A DNA stretch of 64,000 bases, taken from positions 441,259 through 505,258 of the forward strand of contig CAVNZM010000013.1 in NCBI GenBank assembly GCA_963693365.1, written 5' to 3'. A program made the translations under genes and the position numbers. The number at the start of each line of letters is the position of its first letter. The first letter of the stretch is position 1. This DNA comes from Amoebidium appalachense (taxonomy: Eukaryota > Protista > Ichthyosporea). The notes below the pieces were generated by a model, which was not told the origin of the DNA, made no database searches, and saw nothing but the letters and a program-made list of their open reading frames with translations. Positions 33,878-44,219 of the stretch are shown piece after piece.

Positions 33878-35210
33878 GGGGAACCCCAACTAATTGATTT
33901 CTCCTTGTAGTCTTTATGGTGTCTCGTAGAGAAAGTAAACCCTGATATATAGTCACCACCCGACATCTATGTACGTGATCATGATATACCGCTGAGGGGA
34001 TATTCCGAGCAACCCCCCCCCCCCCATACCTGAGACTGGTTCTCTTTGCCTCGAGTAAACAGCGTAAACCCCCATGACTATTTGGGTATTCCTTTTACTG
34101 CACGGGGTATTGATTTCCGCAAGCTCCTCACGGCACGGATCGCTCGTGCGAAGGGTAAGCTTCACATCGTGTCAAATATGTTTCAACAGGAGTCTGTGAT
34201 CCATCCTGCGAACCTTCTTCTCTACTATAAAACTTTTTTACGGCCGACTTTCGAATATGGACTTCCGCTATTGGCCTGCGCCCCACCTCGCGAGGCGGCA
34301 ATGGCGCTGAACAAGTTCGACGATTTTCAGGGTACTGCGCTACGCACTTTGTTTCGTACTCGGTTTGTGACTCCCTTAATCAGTATGTTTGGATTGTCGT
34401 CTGCTGTTTGTCGTATGGAGGAATTGTCTCTTCGTTTTTGTTTTCATTTAGTTAGGCTACCTGATGGTCACCCTCTTTATGCTTTCTTTCCCCCCCTCCC
34501 TCCATCCCTCTTCCCCCCCGATTCACCAACGCTACTTCTGAATGTCCTCAGCCTACCCTCTTTCCACCTGATTCTTCCTCTCGCTATCTCACTCCCTCTT
34601 TCTTTTCTCTTCCTGTTTTTTCTGCCTTGTCGCGTTATTACCATACGCAGTATAAGTTTCTTTCTCGTTCTGATAGAGAAATCAAAGGTAAAACTCAGTC
34701 GGCATGTGTTATGTTCCTTAGGCAACACCGTACTGATCATTATCGCTTTTTGGGAGCTTTGGCAGGATACATTTCTCCTGCTGTACGTATGGATACCACC
34801 CTAGTAGATAAGTCTGTATGGTGCTCTGATGTTGATATTGCCTGGGAAGTTGTGCAGTGGCGCTGTAATTCTTGTTTTCATCGCCGCTAGCTGGTGCCAC
34901 TTTTGTGCTGAGTCAGCTGACCTTTTTAATCGCAAGCATGTTGATAGGTGTGAATTTTTATGTCGCGTTTTACCTCTTTCCCTCCGGGTATCTGCTACAC
35001 TAGCTGGCAATGTGAACACTTTAGACTTTTTGTTGAATTCTGTTGGTCGTCACATTGAGTATTTATATGATTTTCACACAGTGTTCAGGTATCTCAGTAT
35101 GCACTTGTTACTGGATAACTCATGAAGTTTTTATTGTCTTCTCAGTATGCCGTGCATACTTGCATATCTTTCCGTCGAATAAATCCAGTCAAAAGAAAAA
35201 AAACAAAAAC
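33035..35210 (+). mobile_element. LINE family B: 5'-truncated, degenerate RT and C-terminal region, interrupted at 33304-34073. Its 3' tail probably resumes at 40197-40522
   Basis: FDVFIDDL...LLFADDIVL at 33036-33140. TYD|YLGIPF is rejoined across the insertion. Also YKTFLRPTFEYGL, C-terminal CHFC..FNRKHVDRC, then AATAAA and an A-rich tract at about 35177-35210. Several frameshifts and stops. Confidence 0.85.
33304..34073 (+). mobile_element. 5'-truncated copy of LINE family A (last ~140 codons, (CA)n, internal poly(A), ~197-bp tail) with 8-bp target duplication
   Basis: Near-identical inverted match to 35268-36047. Flanked by ATGACTAT at 33296-33303 and 34074-34081. Confidence 0.9.
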
Positions 35211-35467
35211 ATGCACATTCCGATGAGCGCGACCGAGAGTATCCCATTCCGAAACGAGCAAATCAATATGGGGGTTTACGCTGTTTACTCGAGGCAAAGA
35301 GAACCAGTCTCAGGTATGGGGGGGGGGGGGTTTTGCTCGGAATATCCCCTCAGCGGTATATCATGATCACGTACATAGATGTCGGGTGGTGACTATATAT
35401 CAGGGTTTACTTTCTCTACGAGACACCATAAAGACTACAAGGAGAAATCAATTAGTTGGGGTTCCCC

Positions 35468-35523
<56 letters not shown>

Positions 35524-35555
35524 GGGCTCCCCTCGGGACACTCGGTATCAGCTGG

Positions 35556-35622
<67 letters not shown>

Positions 35623-35626
35623 TGCG

Positions 35627-37882
35627 CTATAATTTTGTAGTGATGTGTTTCTCAAGCCAATCAATACATCTAATAAACAGGTCGTAGTTACGCGTGTTTA
35701 GTATAAAATCAAGGATGTTGTAATTTACAGGTAGGCTATCTTTCTGGGTGTCTGTTGTGAATGTGACGTGTGTGTGTTGCGGTATTATGTGGTCTATCAA
35801 ACTACATTTGGCGATACATGACCGGTTAAACTGGTGTGTGTGTGTGTTGTTTGGGCATGCAAATGATGCCACCTTATACTTATTAGATCTCCACTGTATA
35901 GCACGTGTACAGTAAAAGCGTGGTAATTGATCAATAATACCATCAGCTAGAGAAAGACCAGTTCTACAGGAAGGTAATATGTATTTAGGTGTTATACACT
36001 TGCGAGTGCCATATTTGGCAATATGGTTGAGGCGGTCAGTATATATAAAACGAGACATAAGGCTTAGTTTTTCAAGGTGTATGCTTTCATCGGGTCTAGT
36101 GTCGTGTGGTATCTTTTTCCATTTGTTATATTGCGTGATTATCTTGTGATTGTGTACATGTTTAATAAGTAAGTGGCAGTCCAAAGTCACACACACACTA
36201 TTGCGGGGTTTATTTGTATTTGTGCCCAGGGGAGAAGGGGAGAGAGAGGGGAGGAAAGAGGGGAGAGGTGAGGAGGGGACAGGTCGGATAGAGAAGAGAG
36301 GGTGGGAGGGCAAATACTTCTTTAAGCGGCTTATGTGCTTATTGAATTTCAGCGCGAGATAGGATACTCTAGCAGCTATTGGGACCAGACCATATATCGA
36401 GAGCGTTACAGGCCCAGGTTTACAACAGTTGTTAGATAGAAAGGAGGCAACTTCTGCTTCAAGGAAATTTGCCAAGGGTTTAAGCGCTCTAGTTCTCTCT
36501 TTCTTGATCCAAGCGGCGAGAAGGGGTAAACCATATTCACATGCCGGGAAGACAAAAGTGCGAATAAATGTAAGTCTAATAGAAGGATGGAGGGGTGTGT
36601 CTTTAAAAATATTAGCCGAGAAGAAAGCTAACCGCTTACGAGCCAACTCTACCCTCTTTTCGACCATATGGGGAAACATAACACCAACAGAATCAACCGG
36701 AACACCAAGATATTTGTATTCTGGAACTATAGGTACAGGTTTAGATGATAATGTAAATGTGTGTAAATTGTTAGCTATATCAGGTACAAGAACACCACAT
36801 TTGTCTATGTTAAGGATCATAAGGTTTGCCTTGCACCACTCTGACACTACATCGAACAATCTTTGCAGGCGTCTAGGGGTACGGGCAAGGAGGGACAGAT
36901 CATCAGCATAGAGAAGTGCAGGCGGAAAGTTATTAATAGGGTCATCGTTTTCGGCGTAAATCTTGACAGCCAAATCATCTATAAATAGGTTAAACAAAAA
37001 GGGGCTAAGCAATGAACCCTGCAAGAGACCTCTAGTACGAGCAAAACCATATGAAAGATGCCCATTAACCACAGCTCTACCATAGGTTTGAGACAAGAGT
37101 GCTTCTAACAGAACACCAATGCAGTGTGGTACACCCCGTGCAGCAAGCTTTTCCCATAGGAGACCAGGGGAGACAGAATCGTAAGCAGTTTTCCAATCAA
37201 TAAAGCCAACATATTGTGCACCAACTTGCATAGAATCGTGCAGTGCCATTATTTGAACATAACATGAATTGTTTTTACGAAAAGCGGATTGGCATGGGTG
37301 TATGTGAAGAATAGATTGAAACCTAGGGTGATGTGCAAATAACCTAAGTAAGCAAGCTTCAAAGAATCTACGAACAACCTGGGTTAGTGTAATGGGGCGA
37401 AAGGATGATATGGGGCCCTCAGAGTCCTTCTTAACTATGGGGATCACTAAGGTATCTAACCAAGATGACGGGACATGTCCACATTTAACACACCAAGAAA
37501 AGAGAGAGCTTAACATGATAGTAAGATCAGGTTTAATAGCACGATCACTTTCCTTTTGTGGGTAGGAGGGAACAAGGATTTTAAGAAACCCAGCAGGGAG
37601 TCCATCAGGTCCACAAGACTTACTAGAGCTATAACTAGATATCACAGACCATATGGCATCGGGACTGAAAAAGGGGAGGATCGATTCTATGGGGATAGAT
37701 GGGTCTACAGGCCACACAATAGGTTTCTGAGCGGGGGTCCTATCTTTAAACAGTTCCGAGAAATACTTATCAGAGTCTATGAGGGGGTCTCCAGTGGTAT
37801 CACCAATAATACGAGCAGGGGGGCCAAATCGATTCATACTAGCAAGCCGGCGCAAGCTTTCCTTTTTGAGACAGGGGTTCAC
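35627..37882 (-). CDS. LINE ORF2 reverse transcriptase portion with C-terminal Cys/His region
   Basis: KSCGPDGL, FRPITL, QSAFRK, FIDWKTAYDSV, GLLQGSLLSPFLFNLFIDDL, YADD, YKYLGV. Confidence 0.96.
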   Translation of the reverse strand: MNPCLKKESLRRLASMNRFGPPARIIGDTTGDPLIDSDKYFSELFKDRTPAQKPIVWPVDPSIPIESILPFFSPDAIWSVISSYSSSKSCGPDGLPAGFLKILVPSYPQKESDRAIKPDLTIMLSSLFSWCVKCGHVPSSWLDTLVIPIVKKDSEGPISSFRPITLTQVVRRFFEACLLRLFAHHPRFQSILHIHPCQSAFRKNNSCYVQIMALHDSMQVGAQYVGFIDWKTAYDSVSPGLLWEKLAARGVPHCIGVLLEALLSQTYGRAVVNGHLSYGFARTRGLLQGSLLSPFLFNLFIDDLAVKIYAENDDPINNFPPALLYADDLSLLARTPRRLQRLFDVVSEWCKANLMILNIDKCGVLVPDIANNLHTFTLSSKPVPIVPEYKYLGVPVDSVGVMFPHMVEKRVELARKRLAFFSANIFKDTPLHPSIRLTFIRTFVFPACEYGLPLLAAWIKKERTRALKPLANFLEAEVASFLSNNCCKPGPVTLSIYGLVPIAARVSYLALKFNKHISRLKKYLPSHPLFSIRPVPSSPLPSFLPSLSPSPLGTNTNKPRNSVCVTLDCHLLIKHVHNHKIITQYNKWKKIPHDTRPDESIHLEKLSLMSRFIYTDRLNHIAKYGTRKCITPKYILPSCRTGLSLADGIIDQLPRFYCTRAIQWRSNKYKVASFACPNNTHTHQFNRSCIAKCSLIDHIIPQHTHVTFTTDTQKDSLPVNYNILDFILNTRNYDLFIRCIDWLEKHITTKL

Positions 37883-38822
37883 CTAGTCTAGCGGGAGTGG
37901 TGTTTGGTAACAAGAGAGCATCGGGATATTCCTTCCTACCACCGCCAGCATAATCACCGAGATCTATCAAATCATCAACAATAAAGTTAGTGCATGTATC
38001 TAGTACGAGATGTGAATCTGGCCTGGCTTGTGCAGATTCTAATAGGCGCATATATATAGGGTGTTTCGTAGCATAGCATACACATACATCAACTCTACCC
38101 CACTGTGACTTAAGCTGGGATAGACGGAGGCGAAAGGTGGGAGGGGGAGGGGGGAGCAGATCAAGGGAGATCTTAGGTAGGAAAAGGATAGGAGAGTGGT
38201 CAGATGACCTAGAGAGGTTAGGAGGGAGAGAGAGTTTTGACATGGTTGATGGCCAAAAGGCCACTCCCCAGTCGGTGTTGTGGGCATGGGATATTTGAGG
38301 GAACCGCAAAGTGTGACTTTGGACATACCTTGCTAAAGGGATAGCACGCTCCGGGGGCTTAGATGGGTACCCGACACTCACTTGCAGTGTGTCTGTGTGG
38401 TGGAGTCGCGTGTTAAAATCACCTAAAATAACAGTGGACATTGGTAACTGTGACAACTCGTGAGTCAATTCGACAACCGACATAGATGGTGGGTAATATA
38501 CAAAAGTAAAAACATTAGAAAGAAACTCTATAGAAACCGAGAATTCCGTTTTTGCTACCGGTTTGCACTTCACTCTCACGTGTGGTGCGGCAAGTACAAT
38601 AATGCCTCGGTTTTTCGCGTAACCGGGGTGTGTGGATGTGTCGACCAATGTAGAGTTGAATTTGTGGTGGTTTTTAAACTGTGTTTCGCAAATCACTGTA
38701 AACGTGTGGTTGTTTGTCTGTTGTTGTATGTAGCTGATTTTATCGTCGAGTGTCCCGGGGGGGAGGCCCTTTTGGGGGCCCAGTGTCCGAGCATTCCAGA
38801 AGAAGAAGGATAAATTAGGCAT
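37839..38822 (-). CDS. LINE ORF2 apurinic-like endonuclease (APE) portion, offset from the RT by one base at about 37860
   Basis: WNARTL, ICETQ, VYYPPS, ILGDFN and SDHSPI motifs. The start overlaps the ORF1 stop (ATGCCTAA). Confidence 0.92.
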   Translation of the reverse strand: MPNLSFFFWNARTLGPQKGLPPGTLDDKISYIQQQTNNHTFTVICETQFKNHHKFNSTLVDTSTHPGYAKNRGIIVLAAPHVRVKCKPVAKTEFSVSIEFLSNVFTFVYYPPSMSVVELTHELSQLPMSTVILGDFNTRLHHTDTLQVSVGYPSKPPERAIPLARYVQSHTLRFPQISHAHNTDWGVAFWPSTMSKLSLPPNLSRSSDHSPILFLPKISLDLLPPPPPTFRLRLSQLKSQWGRVDVCVCYATKHPIYMRLLESAQARPDSHLVLDTCTNFIVDDLIDLGDYAGGGRKEYPDALLLPNTTPARLGEPLSQKGKLAPAC

Positions 38823-39999
38823 CGGTTTGGTCCGACACCTGTGGGGTTGGTTCCCACTTGTCGCTTACGGGGTCGTATGCACGACCTTCCGCCAGCGCGA
38901 ACAGTTCGCAGAAGAGCTCGATTTCCATCTCGCATCGGCGTTTGCGCTCGAGCAGTTTCTCACCAGAAAACATTGGTTCCTTCGTGTCCGTGTCTATCAC
39001 GCTCGTAGCATCGTTTTCCAACTTTGCGAGGAACTCTTTTGCCTTGCTGATGCGTACACGACAACGTGTGGCGCACGCATTCTTAGCAGACACTTTACGT
39101 TCTTTGTCTGCTTTCTGAATGTTTTCCGGCGCGCATGGGTCGTAGTTTGGGAGGTGGGTGAAGAAGCTTCCACACCCCTTTGTCGCGTCACGGATGAACG
39201 CACGGTTATAGTCGCCCCGTACTGCTACTTCCAGCACATCGTATCCAATGAAGGACAGACAAAGGATGCGAGAGCACCGGAAGCCGAGAGCCTTGAAGAT
39301 GGACCACATGGCCCTGTGTGGGCGTCTGCCGTGCTTGACTTTGAAATACACCCTCTCGTATTTGGGTGGGATGTTGATGTTACCGTTTGCTTGGGTGTTC
39401 CCCTTAGCCGGCGGTTTGGAAGGGGAGTTGCGGCGGTACTCGTTGCCTGCAAGAATGCTGGCATATGTTTCCTTGGCAATTTGGCGGAGCTCGGGTGTTT
39501 TACGAGAGTTCGCATATTCTAGGAACTCTGCCGGGAGCTGTGCTTCCGGTCCTGTGTTGTTTTGTGTTGGGGTGGAAATGTCTCCGTCGCGAGATGTTTG
39601 CTCATGAGTTTTGGGGTTTTGCGATCCACTAATGTTTAGCTGGGCTGTGAGTGAATCAATGGTGAGCTTGAGTTGGGTATTTTCTGTTTGGAGTTTTTCT
39701 ATCATGTTCTTGAGTGGTAACAGCTCATTTAGCTGTTTCTTAACGAGGGCAAGTTCTGCCAGTACTGTATCAACCGAAAGTTTCGGCATGGTTGTTATTG
39801 TGTTTCTACGGAGTGGTGTGGTGTTATTCTGAATGGGTAGTGTATTGTAAATAGGTGTTGCGCTTAGTCTAAGGCGATGTTTTTCTGGTTGTGCATCTGT
39901 GGTAGGTGTATCTGCTGGACGTTTTAATGGTCGCACATGTGTGATGGGTGTAGATGGAACTTTGAAAGAGGTTCTGAAACGATTATAGGCATGTGCCAT
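38815..39999 (-). CDS. LINE ORF1, 394 aa, with coiled coil and putative nucleic-acid-binding domain
   Basis: Intact ORF directly upstream of APE. Coiled coil LAELALVKKQL...LTAQL and a basic region SRILCLSFIG...NYDP. Confidence 0.85.
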   Translation of the reverse strand: MAHAYNRFRTSFKVPSTPITHVRPLKRPADTPTTDAQPEKHRLRLSATPIYNTLPIQNNTTPLRRNTITTMPKLSVDTVLAELALVKKQLNELLPLKNMIEKLQTENTQLKLTIDSLTAQLNISGSQNPKTHEQTSRDGDISTPTQNNTGPEAQLPAEFLEYANSRKTPELRQIAKETYASILAGNEYRRNSPSKPPAKGNTQANGNINIPPKYERVYFKVKHGRRPHRAMWSIFKALGFRCSRILCLSFIGYDVLEVAVRGDYNRAFIRDATKGCGSFFTHLPNYDPCAPENIQKADKERKVSAKNACATRCRVRISKAKEFLAKLENDATSVIDTDTKEPMFSGEKLLERKRRCEMEIELFCELFALAEGRAYDPVSDKWEPTPQVSDQTDA

Positions 40000-40104
40000 G
40001 ACATGGATGGGGGTGTTCCCCGGCCCTTAGGGCCACGGATGGCCTGGTTTAGGGGTGGATGCGCGAAGGATACTATTTATTAGCAGATAATAAAGAGCGA
40101 CATT

Positions 40105-40196
40105 TGAATCGATGTGTGCGACTGAATCGATGTGTGCGACTGAATCGATGTGTGCGACTGAATCGATGTGTGCGACTGAATCGATGTGTGCGACTG
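40105..40196 (-). repeat. Five perfect 18-bp tandem repeats (TGAATCGATGTGTGCGAC on +) forming the LINE A 5' terminus
   Basis: Units start at 40105, 40123, 40141, 40159 and 40177 and abut the target duplication. Confidence 0.95.
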
Positions 40197-41847
40197 AAAT
40201 CAATATGGGCTTTTTCCTCATTCCCATTTTCGCATTTTTCCTTTTCTCCATAAACTTTAGTGAGATATGCCGAATATTCTGCTGATAAATTCTAAAATTT
40301 TCACATTTTTGAAATATCATTCAACGGATAAACGATTTTTGAAAACCCATAAAATGCATTTCAAAATATCAGGATATATCGATTTTATCGATTTACTCGT
40401 ATTTTCAGGATATTTCGACGGTTCGGTTCTATTTGCGCTATTTTGGAATTTTTGCAATATCGCCAATTTATCCTTTTTCCCATTTTATGGCTTTTTTCGA
40501 CGTCTGCCATCTGTCACCTACTGAGGTGACTCGTATTTTTCCTTACACACACAGCGAACACTGGACTCTCGGGACCGTAGAGCCGCCGCGAGAGAAAGCA
40601 TGCACGCGGTCGCGAGAGTGTAAGGAAAAATAGAGTCACCCAGGAAATTTTCATCATCAAGTTCTGTGATTGGTCGGAAAGCAAAGCCCCTCATCTATTG
40701 GTTCCTGGTAAATCCCCTTGGACCCAAGAGAAATCGCGCGATTGCCTGTGTCGTAAGCCAAAGCTCGTTTATTAATAAAGAGGATCGAGGTGATCATCCT
40801 GAAAGAATAGCCTTGATTCCGACTGTGACAGCGAATCAGTGCCATTTTGCACACTAGGGATATCTTCGTGGTGTATGGAGGCTGACATAATACTAAATAA
40901 ACACAGAAAAAGCAGAAAAAGAGTATGAATGCACTCTAGGCTTAACTAATTAGGGTTAGTGACCTGTGCGGCAGGGATGAAAGAAAGATTATTAAGCAGA
41001 CAATGCACGCAGTATGCTGCTACAACCTAGCTAAATGTTCTATAGACAAAATACAAAATATTGCAACGGTAGACCACGCGGATTGAAACGAGCGCAGTAC
41101 ATCACACAAAGTTTCAAAAACTGTGCACGAGAAGTGCCGGCGCTTGAAAGCCTTGCGACATGTAGCCTACAAGACATGGGATGATAACGGTCGCGGCTGT
41201 TGACCAAGGTTTGAATTTGAGCGCAAACGGCTGACGTGATGCCCTACTGAGGCTGGATTGCCTCAATATCATGCAATATTTCGGATTTTGCTTCGCTTCG
41301 TACCAATCCAACGATTGGCTTTTAAATTTTTTTAAAAGTTGCCTCAAGGTGGGGTCAAGACGCACGCGCCGAAACGCATACCCTAAACAGTGATACAACA
41401 CGCTGATTGGCCGATCTGTTGTACAACGTTTTGATTGGCTGTTTCACGGTACGTGATCATAAAAGCCAACGTGCCTGGGTTTGAGGCGAACGTGAAGTTC
41501 AAAGCAGCCCAGGCACCGTCAGTACGTGCCAGGTCTGCCATATGCGTGTAAGCATATGTTATTTTTGTTGGTTTTACGTGACCGTCGACGGCGAGCTGAC
41601 CGTTGACCGTTGGGTTGCAATTGGGCGCTGGTTAAACAGTTAACGTTGGGTTGCAATAGGCGACTGCACTAGTCATGTTCAAAGAATGGTGGCTAGTTAG
41701 TCGCGACTGCACCTTGTAATTCTTGGCTCACGGGCCTACTGCTGGCTGGTCTCTCTTTCACGGTACGAATAGCCGTTCCTGTTATTACGAAGTCCCTGGT
41801 CTTATCAAGTTGTTGACGCTGCTGCAAGAGTTAAACTTGTAACCGGC

Positions 41848-41929
41848 ATGGCGCTACCAAAAGCATTGGAACTTTGTACCAATCGAGAAGAGCTCAAAGC
41901 TCTGGTTGATGGAGGCTTTACTGACAAAG
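41848..41929 (+). CDS. Possible first exon of an unknown gene (MALPKALELCTNREELKALVDGGFTDK)
   Basis: ATG, coding-like composition and an AG|GTGAGG donor followed by typical intronic repeats. I could not identify downstream exons. Confidence 0.25.
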
Positions 41930-42526
41930 GTGAGGTTAGTTGCAACCACAGTAACCCATCCTCCCCTCCGTATACAGACGTACGTATACAGACACACACA
42001 TACACATGCACAGAAAGAGTGAGAGGAGTGGAGGGAGGGAGGGAGGGAGGGAGGGAGGTATGGGGGGAGGGAGGGAGGGAGGTCGGGTGGGAGGGAGGGA
42101 GGTAGGGAGGGAGGGAGGAAGCCAAAGCGGAAGCAGAGGAAGGGAGGGAGGGGGAGGGGGGGGGGGGGGGGGGGGGGGGAGTGGAGGTGGAGTGGGGGGG
42201 GGGGGGGGGGGGGCGAGTGGAGAGAGCGAGAGAGAGAGAGGGGGGGGGGGGGGGGGGGCAAGCATGCGTGCTTTGTCTGTTCAAACTTGCAGTCACCGGG
42301 ACAACAAGCACAACAGTTGCACTCTGCTCTGTACCTTTGTCCATAAATAAAAGAGAGCATGTACCTTTTATTCGATCACAACCTTCACGTCCTGACGAAC
42401 CTACAAGCATTGTGTGTGGTGTGGTCGTGTGCACATGTAGCATGAATAACCTTACACACCGCCCTCATTTTGAGCACGCACACACGTGTGTGTGTGTGTG
42501 TGTGGGTGTGTGGGTGGGTGTGTGTA

Positions 42527-42571
<45 letters not shown>

Positions 42572-42871
42572 CGGTGTGTGTGTGTGCGTGCGCGCATGCT
42601 TGTGTGTGTGTGGTGCACGTGAAGGTCACTAATTATGTGTGAGGGGGAAAAGGGGGGGGGGGGGGGGGGGGGGAGATCGTCGATAACGAGAAGTCCAAGA
42701 CTGAGTGAGGGCTGGGCACGGGGAGAAATAAACAATAAGGAGGTCCAGATGGAAACAAGATAGGAATAAAGGAGGAACAGCACAAAGAATGGGGCGACGA
42801 CCTTTTGTGCATGTAAGTGTTGTGTGTGTGTGTGTGTGTGTGTGTTTGGTAGTGGTGGTGGTGGTGGTGGT

Positions 42872-42904
<33 letters not shown>

Positions 42905-44219
42905 TTAAAAAGGGTTAGAATGCCTTGTTTTTTTTTCATGACGGACAACATAAATCAGTCATTGCAAAACAAAGGGCACACACCAGTTTGCCCGCTATCC
43001 ACCCACCATACGCATGTGTGTGCAACGACAAGCAGACAGGACTAGGAAGCATTGACATGTTAAAAGAGACAGACGGGGGAAGTAAGAAACACCCGTGCAT
43101 ACGGCAAGCACTCGCACGTGTGTGGAGTATGACAGCCATGCACACAAAATTTTTGCAAAAGACAAATGCAAGAGCCAACACTATCTGTTGCACACACGAG
43201 CCTGCCCACTCCCTTAGATGCCTCACACAGAATACTTGGACAGAAAAGGAAATGGGGGCAAGAGACGAAAAGGCACAAGTGTTCAGACATTCGAGAGCTA
43301 AAAGTTAGAACAGGACGTAGCCCAGTCAGACAGAATAAGAAAGCAGAAAAAGGTGGCAGGAGGGAGAGAGTGGGGAGAAGGGGGGGGGAGGGGGGAGGGG
43401 GGGAGGGGGGGAGGGAGGGAGGGGAAGAGAGAGAGTGAGAGAGAGAGAGGGGGGGGGGGGGGGGGAAGGGGGGGAGAGAGAGGGAGCGGGAGGGAGGGAG
43501 GGAGAGAGGGAGCGAGACGTGGGGTTGGTTGGGTGGAGGCGGGGAGGGGGGGGGGGGGGGGGGGGGGGGACGGGCGGAGGGAGGGGCGAGAAACAGAGAC
43601 AGGGGAGGGGAGGAATGGGGGGGGAAGGAAAGAGAGGGAGGAATGGACGGACGGACAGCAAGTGGGGGAACCTCAATATTCACAGAAGGGAGAGAGTGGG
43701 GGAGCATGGGGAGGGGGGAGAGAGGGGGGGACAGGGAGGGGGAGAGGAAAGAAGGAGGGAGTGCGAGAGGGACTCGGAGAGGGGGACAGGAGAGAAAGGG
43801 GGAGGGAGGGACAGAGAGCCGGGGGTGAAGGGGGGAGGGAGGGGAGGAGGGAGGGAACGAGGGAGAGAGAGAGGGAGGGAGGGTGAGAGAGCGCGGTAGC
43901 GGGGAGGGAGGGAGAGGGGAGGGGGGAAGGGAGCGGAGGGAGGAAGGGAGGGGTGGAAAGGGAGAGGGAGACAGAGAGGGATGGAGCAGGAGGGGGAGGG
44001 GAGGGGCAGAAGGAGGGGGAGGGGGTTAGGGGGGTGGCAGCTGTACAAAAACGACACTCACCATTATTACTGTGGCTTAGTCGAGCCTGCACGTATACCA
44101 TGCAAGTCTGGTGGGCCAACTCTGGCCCCAGGCGTGAAACTAAAAACGGGCGTGAACTGTGTATCACGACTAATGAGAGTTTGAGATGGCTTTGTCTCCA
44201 TATTTAAGTAGAAATCTTC

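Larger units (their letters stand above)
35273..40196 (-). mobile_element. Full-length non-LTR retrotransposon (LINE family A), about 4.9 kb, with 13-bp target site duplication
   Basis: ORF1, APE and RT in order. AAATCAATATGGG occurs at 35260-35272 and 40197-40209. Has a 5' tandem repeat array and a 3' (CA)n, poly(A) and tail. Confidence 0.95.

Noticed and set aside
35218-35262. Hammerhead ribozyme in the family B tail (CCGATGAG...CGAAAC)
   Set aside because: The core is CCGA rather than CTGA, I could not build stems II and III, and the 44.4-kb copy does not keep the motif.
35273-35468. tRNA or telomerase RNA in the LINE tail
   Set aside because: No cloverleaf or clear A/B boxes, and TAAACCCT alone is too short to call a template.
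33301-36047. DNA transposon with long terminal inverted repeats
   Set aside because: The arms are LINE 3' ends with separate target duplications, and there is no transposase between them.
37842-37882. Programmed frameshift between APE and RT
   Set aside because: Deleting one A from CAAAAAGG fuses the ORFs, and similar homopolymer slips occur in host genes here, so an assembly error or point mutation is more likely.
40000-40070. HDV-like ribozyme in the LINE 5' UTR
   Set aside because: Only simple hairpins are present; the nested double pseudoknot could not be assembled.
40105-40196. CRISPR-like array
   Set aside because: Head-to-tail repeats without spacers, eukaryotic context, no cas genes.
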